Source: Phoronis australis (Eukaryota > Animalia > Phoronida). Taken from it: DNA of 63,820 nucleotides. The stretch lies in the NCBI GenBank assembly GCA_002633005.1, contig NMRA01000476.1, positions 164,911 to 228,730 of the forward strand, read 5' to 3'. Positions 38,340 to 51,303 of this stretch are shown here, piece after piece. The notes below the pieces were generated by a model. The model was not told the DNA's origin and did no database searches. It saw nothing but the letters and a program-made list of their open reading frames with translations. How positions within the stretch are numbered: position 1 is the first letter of the stretch; each line of letters begins with the position of its first letter. A program made the position numbers and the translations under genes.

Positions 38340-39420
38340 GTTTGACATGAGGGTCAGCCGAACTATAATGCCCATTTATAAACCCAAAGTGGATGAACAG
38401 CTTTTGAAATGACTAAGTCATGGAAAGATGAGCAATGTGAATGAGGCGGTTAATAGTATGATCTGAAAGCATTGTCCTAAGAACTCCTTTGTGGGATCAG
38501 TGTATGTCAAAACTACAACTTTAGAAGCACTCAATCAATACAATTTCATGAACACTCATTAACTACAAGTCATGGAATTGCTGTCTGTTGAAGTTACCAA
38601 AATCAGTGTAATATGTGCTACACAACGGAGCAATGTTGTTCGTGTGCGCCAGACAAAGCGGCAGAGTATTCAATCAGCAACTAGAAAACTCAGACACCAG
38701 AAAAAAGCAAATTGAAGAAAAGGTTTCAGTGCAGCAGGGACCAACATATGGTGGTGGTGAATTTTGAAACACGGACTCATAATTACTGTTATTGCCAACT
38801 GACTTGCACACAGCTAGGATCATGTGGATTTTGTATATAATTCAAAAAGACAAAATGTTCATTCAACTGACTGTAAATAGTTAAAATATCATGCTTTGCT
38901 GATGTAATTGAGTTTACCTATGTTGCTTCAATACAAATCTGTTTTTTTCTCTAACTTCACAAATTATTGTTTCTTAATTGTCTTCACGGGCCATTTGCTC
39001 GTATCTGAACTTTCCCACACAAGGTCACACAAAAAGCAGCATAGCTTTGTTTGTGTCTACTGCATTGAACATTGCCACAACTATTACAAATGTTAGTATC
39101 TACACTGTCGGAACAGTTTATCATTTGAAATTTCTGAATTTATATTTCTTAACATAAAGTGAGTTTTCGCATCAGAATAAAGGTTTCTGTTTTACACAAA
39201 AAGTACACGATGCACCGTTTACAAAACTTTCTGACAAAGTGTAGGTATCACATATACATCCTTCAAATAAAAAAGAATTATTAAAAAAGACCAAACATTT
39301 AGAAGATATGCTACTTTCCATCTTCTCCAAATTTCCCCAATTTCCATTGGTTGCCAAGGCAACAAAGACCAAAAATGAGAAATGATGTGGAAATCCATTT
39401 ATTTCGAAGGTAGACATCCT
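38340..39420 (+). mobile_element. 3' remnant of a second Kolobok-like lineage (transposase C-terminus + right end)
   Basis: Disrupted peptide DEQLLK*LSHGKMSNVNEAVNSMI*KHCPKNSFVG...EALNQYN, ending GPTYGGGEF*. Subterminal palindrome GTTGCCAAGGCAAC (~39351-39364) and a ...ACATCCT end. Confidence 0.5.
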
Positions 39421-40503
39421 CAAAACAAATTAACAATTAATTGTGTCAAAAATGCCAAACAAGTAGCTTTATTTTTACTGCAGACTCTCGCCTTTTCAAT
39501 GTTTTAAGGTATAATATAATTACCACACAAAGTAAGTGCAAATATTCGTTGTAGGGGCAGACATTTACAAACACATACCACAACCACCAACAGGCTGCTG
39601 TGCTGAGTCTTTGTATGATGAAGTGTTTTTCAGTAAGTGCAGTAGTCATCAGATCGTGGGATAGCAAAAGACAACCTCACCAGGTTAAGCATTGCTGAAG
39701 AACTAGAAAGAATATAACCAGCAAGATCTAAGGGATCTTAATGCAGACATGATCAGCTACAGCCAGTTTAAAAAAGACTGGCATCCTTAGATGAAAGTGA
39801 AAGTTTTTTAATTGATGTTTTGAAATCATTGCTTCAAAAGTAACCGTCTGTACGTGACCAAAATATCCCTGGTTAAAACCCATGCCTGGGTAGCAGACTA
39901 ACTGCCCGCCTCCTACTTCTTGATCAAAAGAGATGAACTGTCAGTTGGTTTTCTCAGACAAGATCATTACCATTATAAAGCAGCTGTCAAACTGGTTTCT
40001 TGGGATTTGACTGTGACTCTTGTCAACATGATTGTATGTTGTTAATGCAGGAGCATTAGTCTTTTGTTTAGGAACTTTATGTCCACTAGAGGCGTTGTAT
40101 GTACACCTTAGGGCGATTCCAGAGTGTCTACCCCGCTCCTAGGTAATTGTTTATTGGCTAAATAGATGCTACCATCGTAATATAACCAATCACAGTGCAG
40201 TTTTGATGGTTTTTAGCTTCAGCAGTCATTTACAGCGCTCATTTCGAATATTGGTTTCAACATGTTGTGATGCACTGTAGAGAGATTATTAGCTGGGCCA
40301 CGCGGAAAACTCCAGTAAGTACATGTAATTCTGTTAAGGCTTTACGTTTAGTCCATTCCTGTAGGTCTGCTGGATATTGTATGCCTAGTGTTTAATTGTT
40401 GAACTGTAATGGCTGCTTTGTGGTGGTTTTGTCTTATGCGGGTTCGAGTCCAGTGTGCTAGCCGTATTGACTATTGGGTAACGTTTTGAGAACATTGTTT
40501 GAC

Positions 40504-42378
40504 CATAGACTATAGTACATGGACCGCTTACTCCGTATACTTTCAATGGACGAAATCTGTGAGCTTGCGCACAAGCCTTTACGTCATTATTCACTGGCGA
40601 CACCTGGCTAAATTATCTGGTGTAATTTCCGGCAAGTACATCATCTGCTAATCATGGTCGGTTGCTGTGTGGCCGGCTGTTCGGCTACGCAGGCGAAATG
40701 CAGAGGCGTTAGCTTCCATAGTGTACGGAGACCCCAAAATCCGCTGTGGGAGAAAAAGTTATGTTCTCGCGTCGACGTGAATGGAAGTTGTTCTTCCAAA
40801 AAAAACTTGTACATTTGTTCACGTCACTTCGAAGATGGGTGTTTTTTAAGAGGCTCTGGTAGGCCTACTACTTAATTCTGTCTTCACAAATCCATTTTTC
40901 TTTTCTCCGTTTTGATGAAAACTATCTGGTAAACTTTTTGACGAAAAATGTCCGCTACATTTCTTCCAATGGTAGTGACTGGTGAACTCTTGTCCTTACG
41001 AAGACCTTCAGCCATAGTCTAGTGAGCGAATTAACCAAATTACTCTTCNNNNNNNNNNNNNNNNNNNNNNNNNNNNNNNNNNNNNNNNNNNNNNNNNNNN
41101 NNNNNNNNNNNNNNNNNNNNNNNNNNNNNNNNNNNNNNNNNNNNNNNNNNNNNNNNNNNNNNNNNNNNNNNNNNNNNNNNNNNNNNNNNNNNNNNNNNNN
41201 NNNNNNNNNNNNNNNNNNNNNNNNNNNNNNNNNNNNNNNNNNNNNNNNNNNNNNNNNNNNNNNNNNNNNNNNNNNNNNNNNNNNNNNNNNNNNNNNNNNN
41301 NNNNNNNNNNNNNNNNNNNNNNNNNNNNNNNNNNNNNNNNNNNNNNNNNNNNNNNNNNNNNNNNNNNNNNNNNNNNNNNNNNNNNNNNNNNNNNNNNNNN
41401 NNNNNNNNNNNNNNNNNNNNNNNNNNNNNNNNNNNNNNNNNNNNNNNNNNNNNNNNNNNNNNNNNNNNNNNNNNNNNNNNNNNNNNNNNNNNNNNNNNNN
41501 NNNNNNNNNNNNNNNNNNNNNNNNNNNNNNNNNNNNNNNNNNNNNNNNNNNNNNNNNNNNNNNNNNNNNNNNNNNNNNNNNNNNNNNNNNNNNNNNNNNN
41601 NNNNNNNNNNNNNNNNNNNNNNNNNNNNNNNNNNNNNNNNNNNNNNNNNNNNNNNNNNNNNNNNNNNNNNNNNNNNNNNNNNNNNNNNNNNNNNNNNNNN
41701 NNNNNNNNNNNNNNNNNNNNNNNNNNNNNNNNNNNNNNNNNNNNNNNNNNNNNNNNNNNNNNNNNNNNNNNNNNNNNNNNNNNNNNNNNNNNNNNNNNNN
41801 NNNNNNNNNNNNNNNNNNNNNNNNNNNNNNNNNNNNNNNNNNNNNNNNNNNNNNNNNNNNNNNNNNNNNNNNNNNNNNNNNNNNNNNNNNNNNNNNNNNN
41901 NNNNNNNNNNNNNNNNNNNNNNNNNNNNNNNNNNNNNNNNNNNNCCTTTTAAGGGCCACTCAACACTTCCCAGAAGAACTGCTCACTTGAGAATGTTGAT
42001 TTATCAACACGCTTTCGTAGTTTTCTCAGTAGGCCTATGTGAACCGTAAATCAAAAACTGTCCGATAACTATGCTGCTATTGGGCAAGCAGACGACATAA
42101 AGGGTCGGAACCGAAGTTTGAATTTTGAAATTAATTACCAGTAGCATTGCCAAAAGTACTCACAATACCAACACTTCTACTATTGAAAGACTTTGAAAAG
42201 CGTTTCAATACCGAAATTAATATAAATTAATGTTTTTTCGCTGTTTTGGACAGTAAAGTAGATGCAGGTATTTCTCGTCAAATTACACTGACCGGAAACT
42301 GCAGCAGATAGGTCAGGAGAGTTCAACTCAGCTCGTAAGAATATGCCGGAGTTGCGAATCTGTTGTCTATAATCTATG
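40504..42378 (+). mobile_element. P-superfamily-like non-autonomous DNA transposon with THAP ORF, 7-bp TSD
   Basis: Termini CATAGACTATAG...CTATAATCTATG; identical flanking GTTTGAC at 40497-40503 and 42379-42385. Interior partly lost in the N-gap. Confidence 0.8.
40654..40875 (+). pseudogene. THAP zinc-finger domain (truncated transposase N-terminus)
   Basis: MVGCCVAGCS...VSFH...W...YICSRHFEDGCF shows the C2CH THAP signature, followed shortly by a stop. Confidence 0.75.
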
Positions 42379-45300
42379 GTTTGACAAACTATTTATCGTT
42401 TGTAGATCAACCGTCTCTTCAAGAATAAATCGTTTTAAACGAAGCTGACGCGTTATTCTATCGCCCACACTAATATATGTTATATTATTTCAGATTACTC
42501 TGGATGGTTCTCGTGAGTTATCATTAATATCACACTCTGCATCTGTACTGCTGGTAAAGGACTGTGCTCGCACACAATAACCATGCTGTATCAACTGTCT
42601 CATTACCAGAGTTTAAGCTTAAACAAGGTTCCTGAGATAGTGAGCTCAACTTCACAGCTGCAAAAGTGGTATGTTCCCTCAAGAACATCAGACTGCTGCC
42701 TAGCTCACGACAAGTGTGTCCATAGTTAAGCCTAAGCTCCTCTCAGAGCAATGAAGAAGAAAGCCACAACGGATGTCATCACCTCTCAGCTGTACAAGCC
42801 TTTACCATACACTTGTACACAATCAACCTGAAAGGAAAGCTGCTGCCAACACTAAAATCGCACAATCTACGTGTTCAGTGGCTTCAGATTTGTCCGTATG
42901 AAGAAGACGGTGATCAGTTGGCTGAGTCGTCACTTGGAGTAGTTCCAAAGGGGCCTATACTGGCATATCAAGAAAAGCCTAGGCCGTCTCCCGTATTTAT
43001 TGGACCTTTAACCCCACCTGCTTTTCGTTCACCTTACATTACTGGTAATCAATTTGCAGTGAATAATAAGGTACCAGATTTCGTCGGGTTTGGATCACCA
43101 ATTTCGCGGATTCCACATCCGTCAACAAATAAATTGAATGCTCATGAAGCCAACATAAATAAAGATGACATCAATACTCTAGAAATAACCACCTGGGCTA
43201 CTCAAAATCTATCTCGCAATTCAACAGCAAGTTACGGATGTAAGCCGCACAAAATCTATGGACCATCTTAACCAAGTCAATGCAGTCTATGAAAATACCA
43301 CCAACTAACATGAGTTTCGACTTCAAACATGGAAAAGGAGTATCAACGGGGTGTGAAGGTTGTTTTTATACCTCAATGTCAAATTTTTGTTACCGGACTA
43401 AATGATTTTTAAATTTTCAACACAAGACCTAATATTTCCAAACTTATACTTTTCAAACGAACACTTATGATAAAAGCAATATTCTTCAACCGGTTTTGTA
43501 AAGTCCAATACCACCTCTACATAATGGACCAATCCTATTCCTAATATAACAAAAGGGTCCCGTGGGCAAAGGATGCTAAGTGTTGGCCTGAAATATTGGA
43601 TCGGTTCTGCTGACGTAACCTTGCAAAAACTGTCACACAAAATCTCGTGAGATATTACAAGTAAAACACGTGATCATAGTGCTTTCCTTTACGATATCCT
43701 TGCGTGAATGGGACTTAGTAAATATGTGGATTTTCTGCATTTGTCATGTTTGTGTCATCTTTCTCCCTACGTTCTAGGAACGAGACATTGTAGTGTCAGT
43801 CAAGTAAATCATTTCTACACAGAAAGCAACAGAAATGCTAATGGTTTTGTATTGCGTTGTGCATGCCTGTTGCATATCATTCAATATTACTACATTGTTT
43901 AATGGCTAATTATTCATTTTTAAGATTATAACAAATAAAGTAAGCCTTTGTTTAGATCTATTTAACCTGAAAGTTTTAAAAGGTGAATTAAAGAGGGTAG
44001 TATGCCTACATTATTTATGTCACCATCACCACCTTAAACAGAACCTGTTGTTCGCGGAAAATCCGCTACAAAGCGGGTACCTCTCGTGATTATATAAATT
44101 CTTTCCTAGCATTTTTTTAACATTCAGATTTTTACTTTGTATGAACTTCAGGTGCACTACACCTAATCTTTTACGAAGTTACCCTACTTTGCTACAGACG
44201 GGTCTATTTATATAAATTTTTATAAAAACTCGCAACACAGACAAACGTCTACACAAATTACACCCTATGCACCTGGTGGTGTAAACAAGGGTCTCGTTTT
44301 TTCAAGTTTGGTCAGGTATAAATAACCCACAGACAAAGAAGTTCAGCGAAACACTTCTACCTCACAAATGTGACAATCCCTGGCCTCGGAAAACGCGAGC
44401 ACCCGCAAAAACTACTAATGATGAAATCCCGGGGATGATAATCTGTGGTGCCACCTATCAGTTATAACGATTTGTTAAATCACTGTAGTTTAGTCTCATT
44501 TTTGTCAATATACCAACATCAATATAGTATTTTATTCGCTTATAATTGTGCGGTTCCGATTCCTACAAATCATCCACTTTGTTTTGTTTATTTACTTAAC
44601 CTACAAGAATAGAAATACCCGCTAAAATGAAGCCCATTCGAGTAAGCACCATGTGGGTCCCTATGCCAACCCCAATATGGTAGAACCCAACAAACCCAAG
44701 TTGCGGTCAAATCAGGATGGGCATAAATAAGGAAATTTACTGTATCCACGGATTGGCCAAATAAAAATAAGATACAAAATGTTGCTACAGTGCACACCTG
44801 CACAATAACTGGGTCTATCATTTTCCCATTCATGCATGAACCAATAAGATCACCAATGGCACAAAGCCTTTTGAAAACAAGCTTGATTCTTAGGGAGTCC
44901 TGTTACTTCTCTATTAAATTTCAAAACTTTATAGTGTTAGAAAATAATTTATTTTCTGTGCAACTTAACTAGGCCAGTTCATCTCAACGCATTTAACACG
45001 ATTAATGCATTGTATAAACAAAAAGTTATGCACTATCAACATGAGACAAAAACTGTATACTCTTTTCTTAAAAAATGGGTTAGAGGTTAAAAACAAAGGA
45101 CAACGGCGTACACAAGTTTCCATCACTTGCAACATCAGTTTTCGACAAGCATGTTGGAGAAGAACATCAGTCTGGTGAAAGCAACATGTAATCGTACAAA
45201 GGCGATGATTTTCGATATTTGATTCGTTGTGCTGTCTGTCTTTTTTCTCTACAGTTCAAGATTACTTGTGCATCCAGGAACAAGAACTGAACAAGACAGG

Positions 45301-46159
45301 GTTCGTGATAACTTTGGTGAACGGTAACATTTATTTCAGGTGTTACAATTGTCATTGATCTTGTCATCTTCTGTTTTCATTCAACCTTCCCTGATGAAAA
45401 CTTGAATGAAGAGGTCCTTCAGTACTCGAGTGAGCACAGTATACTGTGCGAGTTATGTTGACTTATTCACACTATACCCAAGGCTCATGCACAATACAAC
45501 AACCAACGGTCCTTTTAAAGGCCACTTAACACTTCCCATAATAACTGCTAACTTGAGAATGTTTAATTTCAAACATACGGAAGTTACACCAGTGAAATCA
45601 TTTTAGAGGTGTATTTTTTAATCCAAGCAAAATTAATAATTTTCAAAAAAAACTTATATCTTTTGAATTCACAGACACTCCTTAGAGTGTGTGCACATAT
45701 ACGATTTCATATTTTTCACAGTGATTGAACCCAGAATCCCAAACTGTCCGCAGCAAATATATTGTGCAAGCAGATGAAAAAATCAGTCACCACTGAAGAC
45801 TAAGGTTAATTTTTGTTAAGACAACAGTGAAGGAAATTTTAACACAAGACTCACATACGGAACTATATGGGCTTAAAAGCCCTCATGGCTACATTGAGAA
45901 AACAAACACAATAGCCCAACAGGATATACTTTTGGAACCATAAAGTTAAATTCCTCTAATAGTTTATATTGAACAGTACACTGACACAAATTTAAGGTAC
46001 CTGTGAAATAACAGAATTTAGACTCTGGCGACTGAGTGAGTTACCAATATTGCAATAACTTTTTAATGGTGTCACAACCCCACAAATTTGGGCCCAGTTA
46101 TTTACAAGTTAAGGATTGCCTTTGTTGTTATATTATTTCCAGTTGGAGATGTTCATCAG

Positions 46160-46309
46160 GGCTGAGTTGCATAAAGCTTCAAAACATATCCGCTGGATAA
46201 ATTTGATTGTTGCATGACGTCAGGTGCATTGTTCAACAATAACAACGTGACGCGTGATAATGCGACGTCATTGTTGCTATACGGCCTATAACTTCTATGC
46301 AACTGAGCC
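46160..46309. mobile_element. PIF/Harbinger-type MITE
   Basis: TIR GGCTGAGTTGCATA / TATGCAACTGAGCC; 3-bp TSD CAG (46157-46159, 46310-46312). Confidence 0.7.
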
Positions 46310-46749
46310 CAGGTATTTTTTTAGATTACCCTGGGCGTTTCTGGCATATCAGTAACATTTGCACCTCATTCCTGCACATGCACTGCTGGGAAAGGGTTCT
46401 GCTGCCATAGACCTAGTATAACATTACCAGTTGCTTCGCACGAACAAGGCTCCAAAAATAGTGAGATCATCATCGCATCCCCAGAATAGCACGGTCTCCA
46501 GAGGACCCATGGAATTGCCCCCCCCCCCATCATCATATCAGATATATATATAACCTCATCAGTGTCCTTCTCTACCCTACTGACCTGAAAAAGCAAACTG
46601 CTGCCAACATCAAAATAGGTTGACCCACCACTACAGTAGCTTCAGATCTCGTCTGATGAAAAGGAGGATCAACAGTTGGTGGACTCGACGTTTGAAGTTA
46701 CGTTCCCATGGGATCTGTGCTTGGGTACCAAGAGAAGCATGTTTCCACC

Positions 46750-49320
46750 CGCATGTTTATTGAAACTCCAACAACGCCACATTTCCACCTACCTGGCATC
46801 TCTGGAGGTCACGTGGGGACTAGCGACAACGCATCACGTCCTCGACTCTCTTTTTGTGTATGAAAGAGACACTTGCTGCCAGTAAAGTTGTCCTGAGAGG
46901 CATAAACTGAGGGAGCACCAAATCACAGAGTCAAATTTCCAGACGAACTGCTCGCGTCAAGGAAAATTTGGCCAGCTTGTGAAAGACAAGTCCAAGAAAT
47001 GAATAGTTACGGCAGACATGGCCTATGCACTGGAAAACAAGTCAGTAGCTGTGGACAAGTATGCCAGTGAGTTACAGATGGACATACACCCAGTAAGGTG
47101 ATGGGCATATGAACAGTCCAGGTCACTGTGCCCACTACTGCGCATACGTAACTATGGAAAACAGCACTAAGAAAATTCTGGCACTCCATAGTATTGACAA
47201 GTGGGAGACAAACTGCAAGTCCACAAGAATTTAAGAGGGCTTTGTACGAAATTTGCGGGAATTGGAGAAGAAGAACCTTACAGTTGTGGAAGTTGTCACA
47301 GATGTTTGTTCTCAGATTGTGACCACCATGAGTAAGCAGTATCATTTATGCTTTTGTGAGGTCAATACAAACCCAGTACTGTTTAAATATGTTAATATCT
47401 CCATCACCTAGAGAAGGGAACACTATCTTGACAATTTTGGGAGAAACTGGAAGATGACGCACATTAGGGGCGACAATGGGGAGAAATTTGAGTGGTGACA
47501 CAATTGATTCTAAAGTTATGATACTACTGAGATTTTTTTAAACGACTATTTGAGAACTGACCATCTTAGACACGAGTGCTGAGGAAAATAAAAGGATCTT
47601 TGTGTTCCAGTATTTGCTTTTCTCAAACACAATTTAGTTTTGTGAAGTGGAAATGCATCAAACACTAAACCTAGCATAGCTTCAAGGAACTCCTTTTTTG
47701 AGTCGCATGTGTGTGAAAATTTTAGCGGGTAAGTCGCAGCAAGGCCGACTGGAGTGCTAAGTTTCAAAAAGAAAGATTATTTTCCATATATAGCTCACCA
47801 TCTGGTATCTTTATAGTTTAATATTTACAATCTCGTAGTTTCAACCCTTCACAATGATAAAGGACTTATACTGATTTATAGGTAAACTGTAACAGACACA
47901 CCTTAGTTTACTCAAGATTGTCCACATATCCAAAACTGAAATTACTGGCATTACTTACAATCTGTGCCATCTGAGTTTTAAGGCAACACATTTGTGAGAA
48001 AAGTAAATCACTTCACAAAATCCATTGTTCCATCTTAATCGAACTACACTGTGTACAATGTAAAGTGATTGAGATCTAAATATTATGCAAAAGGCATATT
48101 ACAAACACTTAACTCTGGAAGAGGGACAATCAATTCCGTGGCCATATTCTAAATACTTGGAATGTTCAAGCTGAACTGACAATAGCCTGCACATTGACTT
48201 GAGTATAACTTTGGCTAGATCATCATCTAATTACTGTTGTTTCTGGTTGTCACCACAGTGCAAGTGTATTTGGGTTGTGATGAAAGGAGCACCTTCAAAG
48301 CAATATTGTATAATAAATGGATGCCACAGCGGGCATACAAGAACAACATTATAATGAGAATTGCATGTGGCGGCAGAAATGCTACCCAAGAATGTGTGAG
48401 GTACATTCTTACTGCATACGATAAGTGTTCAAAATGTTCTGCACTTTGGAAGAAATGCCTCAGCAAATGTTATCTCACGATTAGAGATTATTTAGAAATG
48501 CAGGATGATTTGTTCAAGGCTATCAGTGGAAAAGCTTCAGGAATGATACTAATCCTGATTTCATTACAAAATTTTACAGGATATGTATGGAAGAGATGCC
48601 AGGTGAAGATTCTTTTGGTTAATATAATGATGAAAAACGAAGAAACAGACCTTTAAAAAGCATTAAAGCAAAAACACATGAAGGTATTCAATTGAAGAAT
48701 GAATTTTGTTAAGATTCTAGAAAGTAATGCCAACTATTGTTTTGTTCACAATTGTTGTTCACAACAGCCAACCAATGTCATGTTTTATCTCTCAAAATAA
48801 ACAGAACAGAACAGGGACAATCAATTGAAACATTATGGAAAAAAAAGAGGGGAAGCAAACAGAGAAGTTGAGCGGCAGAGGATGTGGTTGGAAAGCTGAG
48901 AAGAAAAAGCCTTCACTGGAAAAATCTGGAAAATGATCATGTACTTTGCTCTTGGGTACTATGTGTATGACGTAAAATATAGTGTATTAGTATATTAAAT
49001 AAGAAGTGATAGGATATTGAGTCTGTTAGACAAGCACACTGCTAATTGAAATGCTAAGTGAAATACTGACTCACAGCAGACTCTCGGTGTCAATAACCAG
49101 ATAATCGTTGCAGGCATGATGATATTGCTAACTAAGAGCAGGGTCCTTGGTATTTAGACCAATCATTTTATTTTCATGAGAGAGCAGACCTGTATGAGTA
49201 CCTAGCGTGAACATATACCCTTCAGCGACACCATCCCCAGGATAAAGACAGGTTTCAGCGCAGGAAAGAGGAGGACAAGAAAAAGGCCGAGTTGCTGCAA
49301 AATCTCATCTCTTTCTTACA
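46750..49320 (+). pseudogene. Degraded, probably intron-containing Kolobok transposase
   Basis: GDGHMNSPGHCAHYCAYVTMENSTKKILAL (from 47097) and LTVVEVVTD followed by a GTAAG donor (~47332). Further weak remnants at ~48290-48520 and ~49200-49320. Confidence 0.6.
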
Positions 49321-51303
49321 ACTGCTGCAGCAGCGAGTCCAGTTGTTCAGTCCTATCAGTATACACATGATACTTTAGACTAACATCACAAGATATAACT
49401 TGGGTGTTGTGATATAACTTAGGTGTTGTGATATCACTTAGGTGTTGCAAATTCAGAGCTACACAAACAAACTTAAAACAGAACACGAGTTGACAGCAAA
49501 AGTAAAAAATGTGCCTACGTACGAAAAACAATTCAACCTTTTTCACCATTTGCACATCAAGAATCATTTTTGTCAGTGAAAAAGGGAATCTCTCCATTCC
49601 GCATGTTGATGTTCAACTCTGGTGAGACTGAAATTAAATGTTCCTTCATACTTTTATGCATATGTATTTGAAAACTCAATGAGGAAGGTGTCTTGTGTTT
49701 TTGTGACGTCATCAATATTACGCTTAAGCATATGAAGCCCCTTGTGCTTTTGTCATCATGAAAATGACAATGGACAACTATGCTGATGCAGTTTATAAAC
49801 CATTATGGTAACCAGCGCTTATCCACTGCTTCAAGGTTTTCACTCACAAGCTATCAAAATTGAAAGCTCCAGCAGAAACATGGTCAACTTACAAACCCCC
49901 GAGAATATTGTGAAACTTCTTGTTCATATTACTTCCCATGGAAGAATCAAGGCTTATGCTGGAATAGTAAGCAAGAATTCAACCTAGATAGCTAAACAAA
50001 GTCGAAGTGCCCCTTTAAATTGATTTGTTCCAAGTAACTCAGCTGTATAAAGGGAGTATAATAAGATTCTGAGGATTTGACTTCGTCTGACCTTTCATAA
50101 AAGTGTTGGGTTCAAGATGGCAGCATATGTGAAGGAATGGCAAATGGCAACAGTCGACGAGAGACCTCGAGAAAGGTGGCCAATGTGGAATGCCTGATTA
50201 GTACAGTGTGGCACATGTACACGATTTTGGGTGGACCAGTGCCCAAAGATTTCTTAATGTGTCATGATGGAGACTTTTGTACTACAAACATCAGTGAAAA
50301 ATAGCCAGCAAAATATGAAGTGTCTGGAAAGGTTAACTGAAGAGAAAGTCCCAATTGCGCTATGGAATCAGAAGTCTGATATATATTTGTACAGAGTTGA
50401 TAAAAAGTTGCTTGAGAACTTTTCTGGCCAGTTTCATTGCCCTCGCCATTGGCTGTTAGGTGCCGTCAGCCCAGAAGTAGGCATGGTGTCTTTTTTTAAA
50501 ACGACCACCAGATTACTTTCAGTCATTTCCTGCGAACTACTGGATATGACAGCAGAGAAAATTCAAAGGGGGACATTTATCCAAACTTCAACATTAAGCT
50601 TTGCAGACAGTCATCCAATTTACACTCCCAATTTGTTTTCTGTCAGCAGGTACAACAAAGTAGCCAGAAGAACACATCACCATGGTAACAGTACAGGCAG
50701 ACTGTGTGTGGTGTTGTACAATATCCAAATTTCCATTTCTTAACGCCCACACCAACACAGGTGCAATTGAAATCCGCTCTATTGAGTTGAACAAGATGGT
50801 AAGAATAGGACGAGAAATCTTTTCACATACAAGTTTTGATGCACTCAAGGGAAACACGAAAATTGGACTTTCTAAGACCATAAGGCCTGGGAAAATTTTA
50901 TTTTTCTGCTGTGTACATGTTTTCAGATAAAATGTTGTCACTACATGATTTACTTATAGGCAGTTGTAGGTGTGGCTAGATAACTCAACATGTGGAATCT
51001 AGAAATACTGAGAGTGGATTAAATTTGTAAACAGACCATTTTCTCAAACTTAGCAGACAGTGTATCAGCCTTCACTTCCATACAGGTGATAAGTCAATCC
51101 AGTTTATGAATATACATATGATTGCTGAGATTCATAAACGAAGATATCATAACTTGTTTAATATAGAAATATTACAGTATCAAAAATACGTTCTTCATAA
51201 ACTTTGGAATAAAATATCAAAAATAAAACAATACAGCATTGCACTACACAAGCATGTGGGCACAAGAACCACATATATTAGTACTTAATTGTTCCAAAAG
51301 GTG

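Noticed and set aside
40955-41990. 322/334-aa ORFs
   Set aside because: Artefacts of the second N-gap.
42813-43271. 152-aa plus-strand ORF as a gene
   Set aside because: Non-ATG start and no recognisable domain or splice context.
50005-50020. ...GTGCCCCT-TTAA as the right end of the 46.7-49.3 kb Kolobok
   Set aside because: Similarity with the 52758-52844 copy continues on both sides of the TTAA, so it is internal to another repeat.
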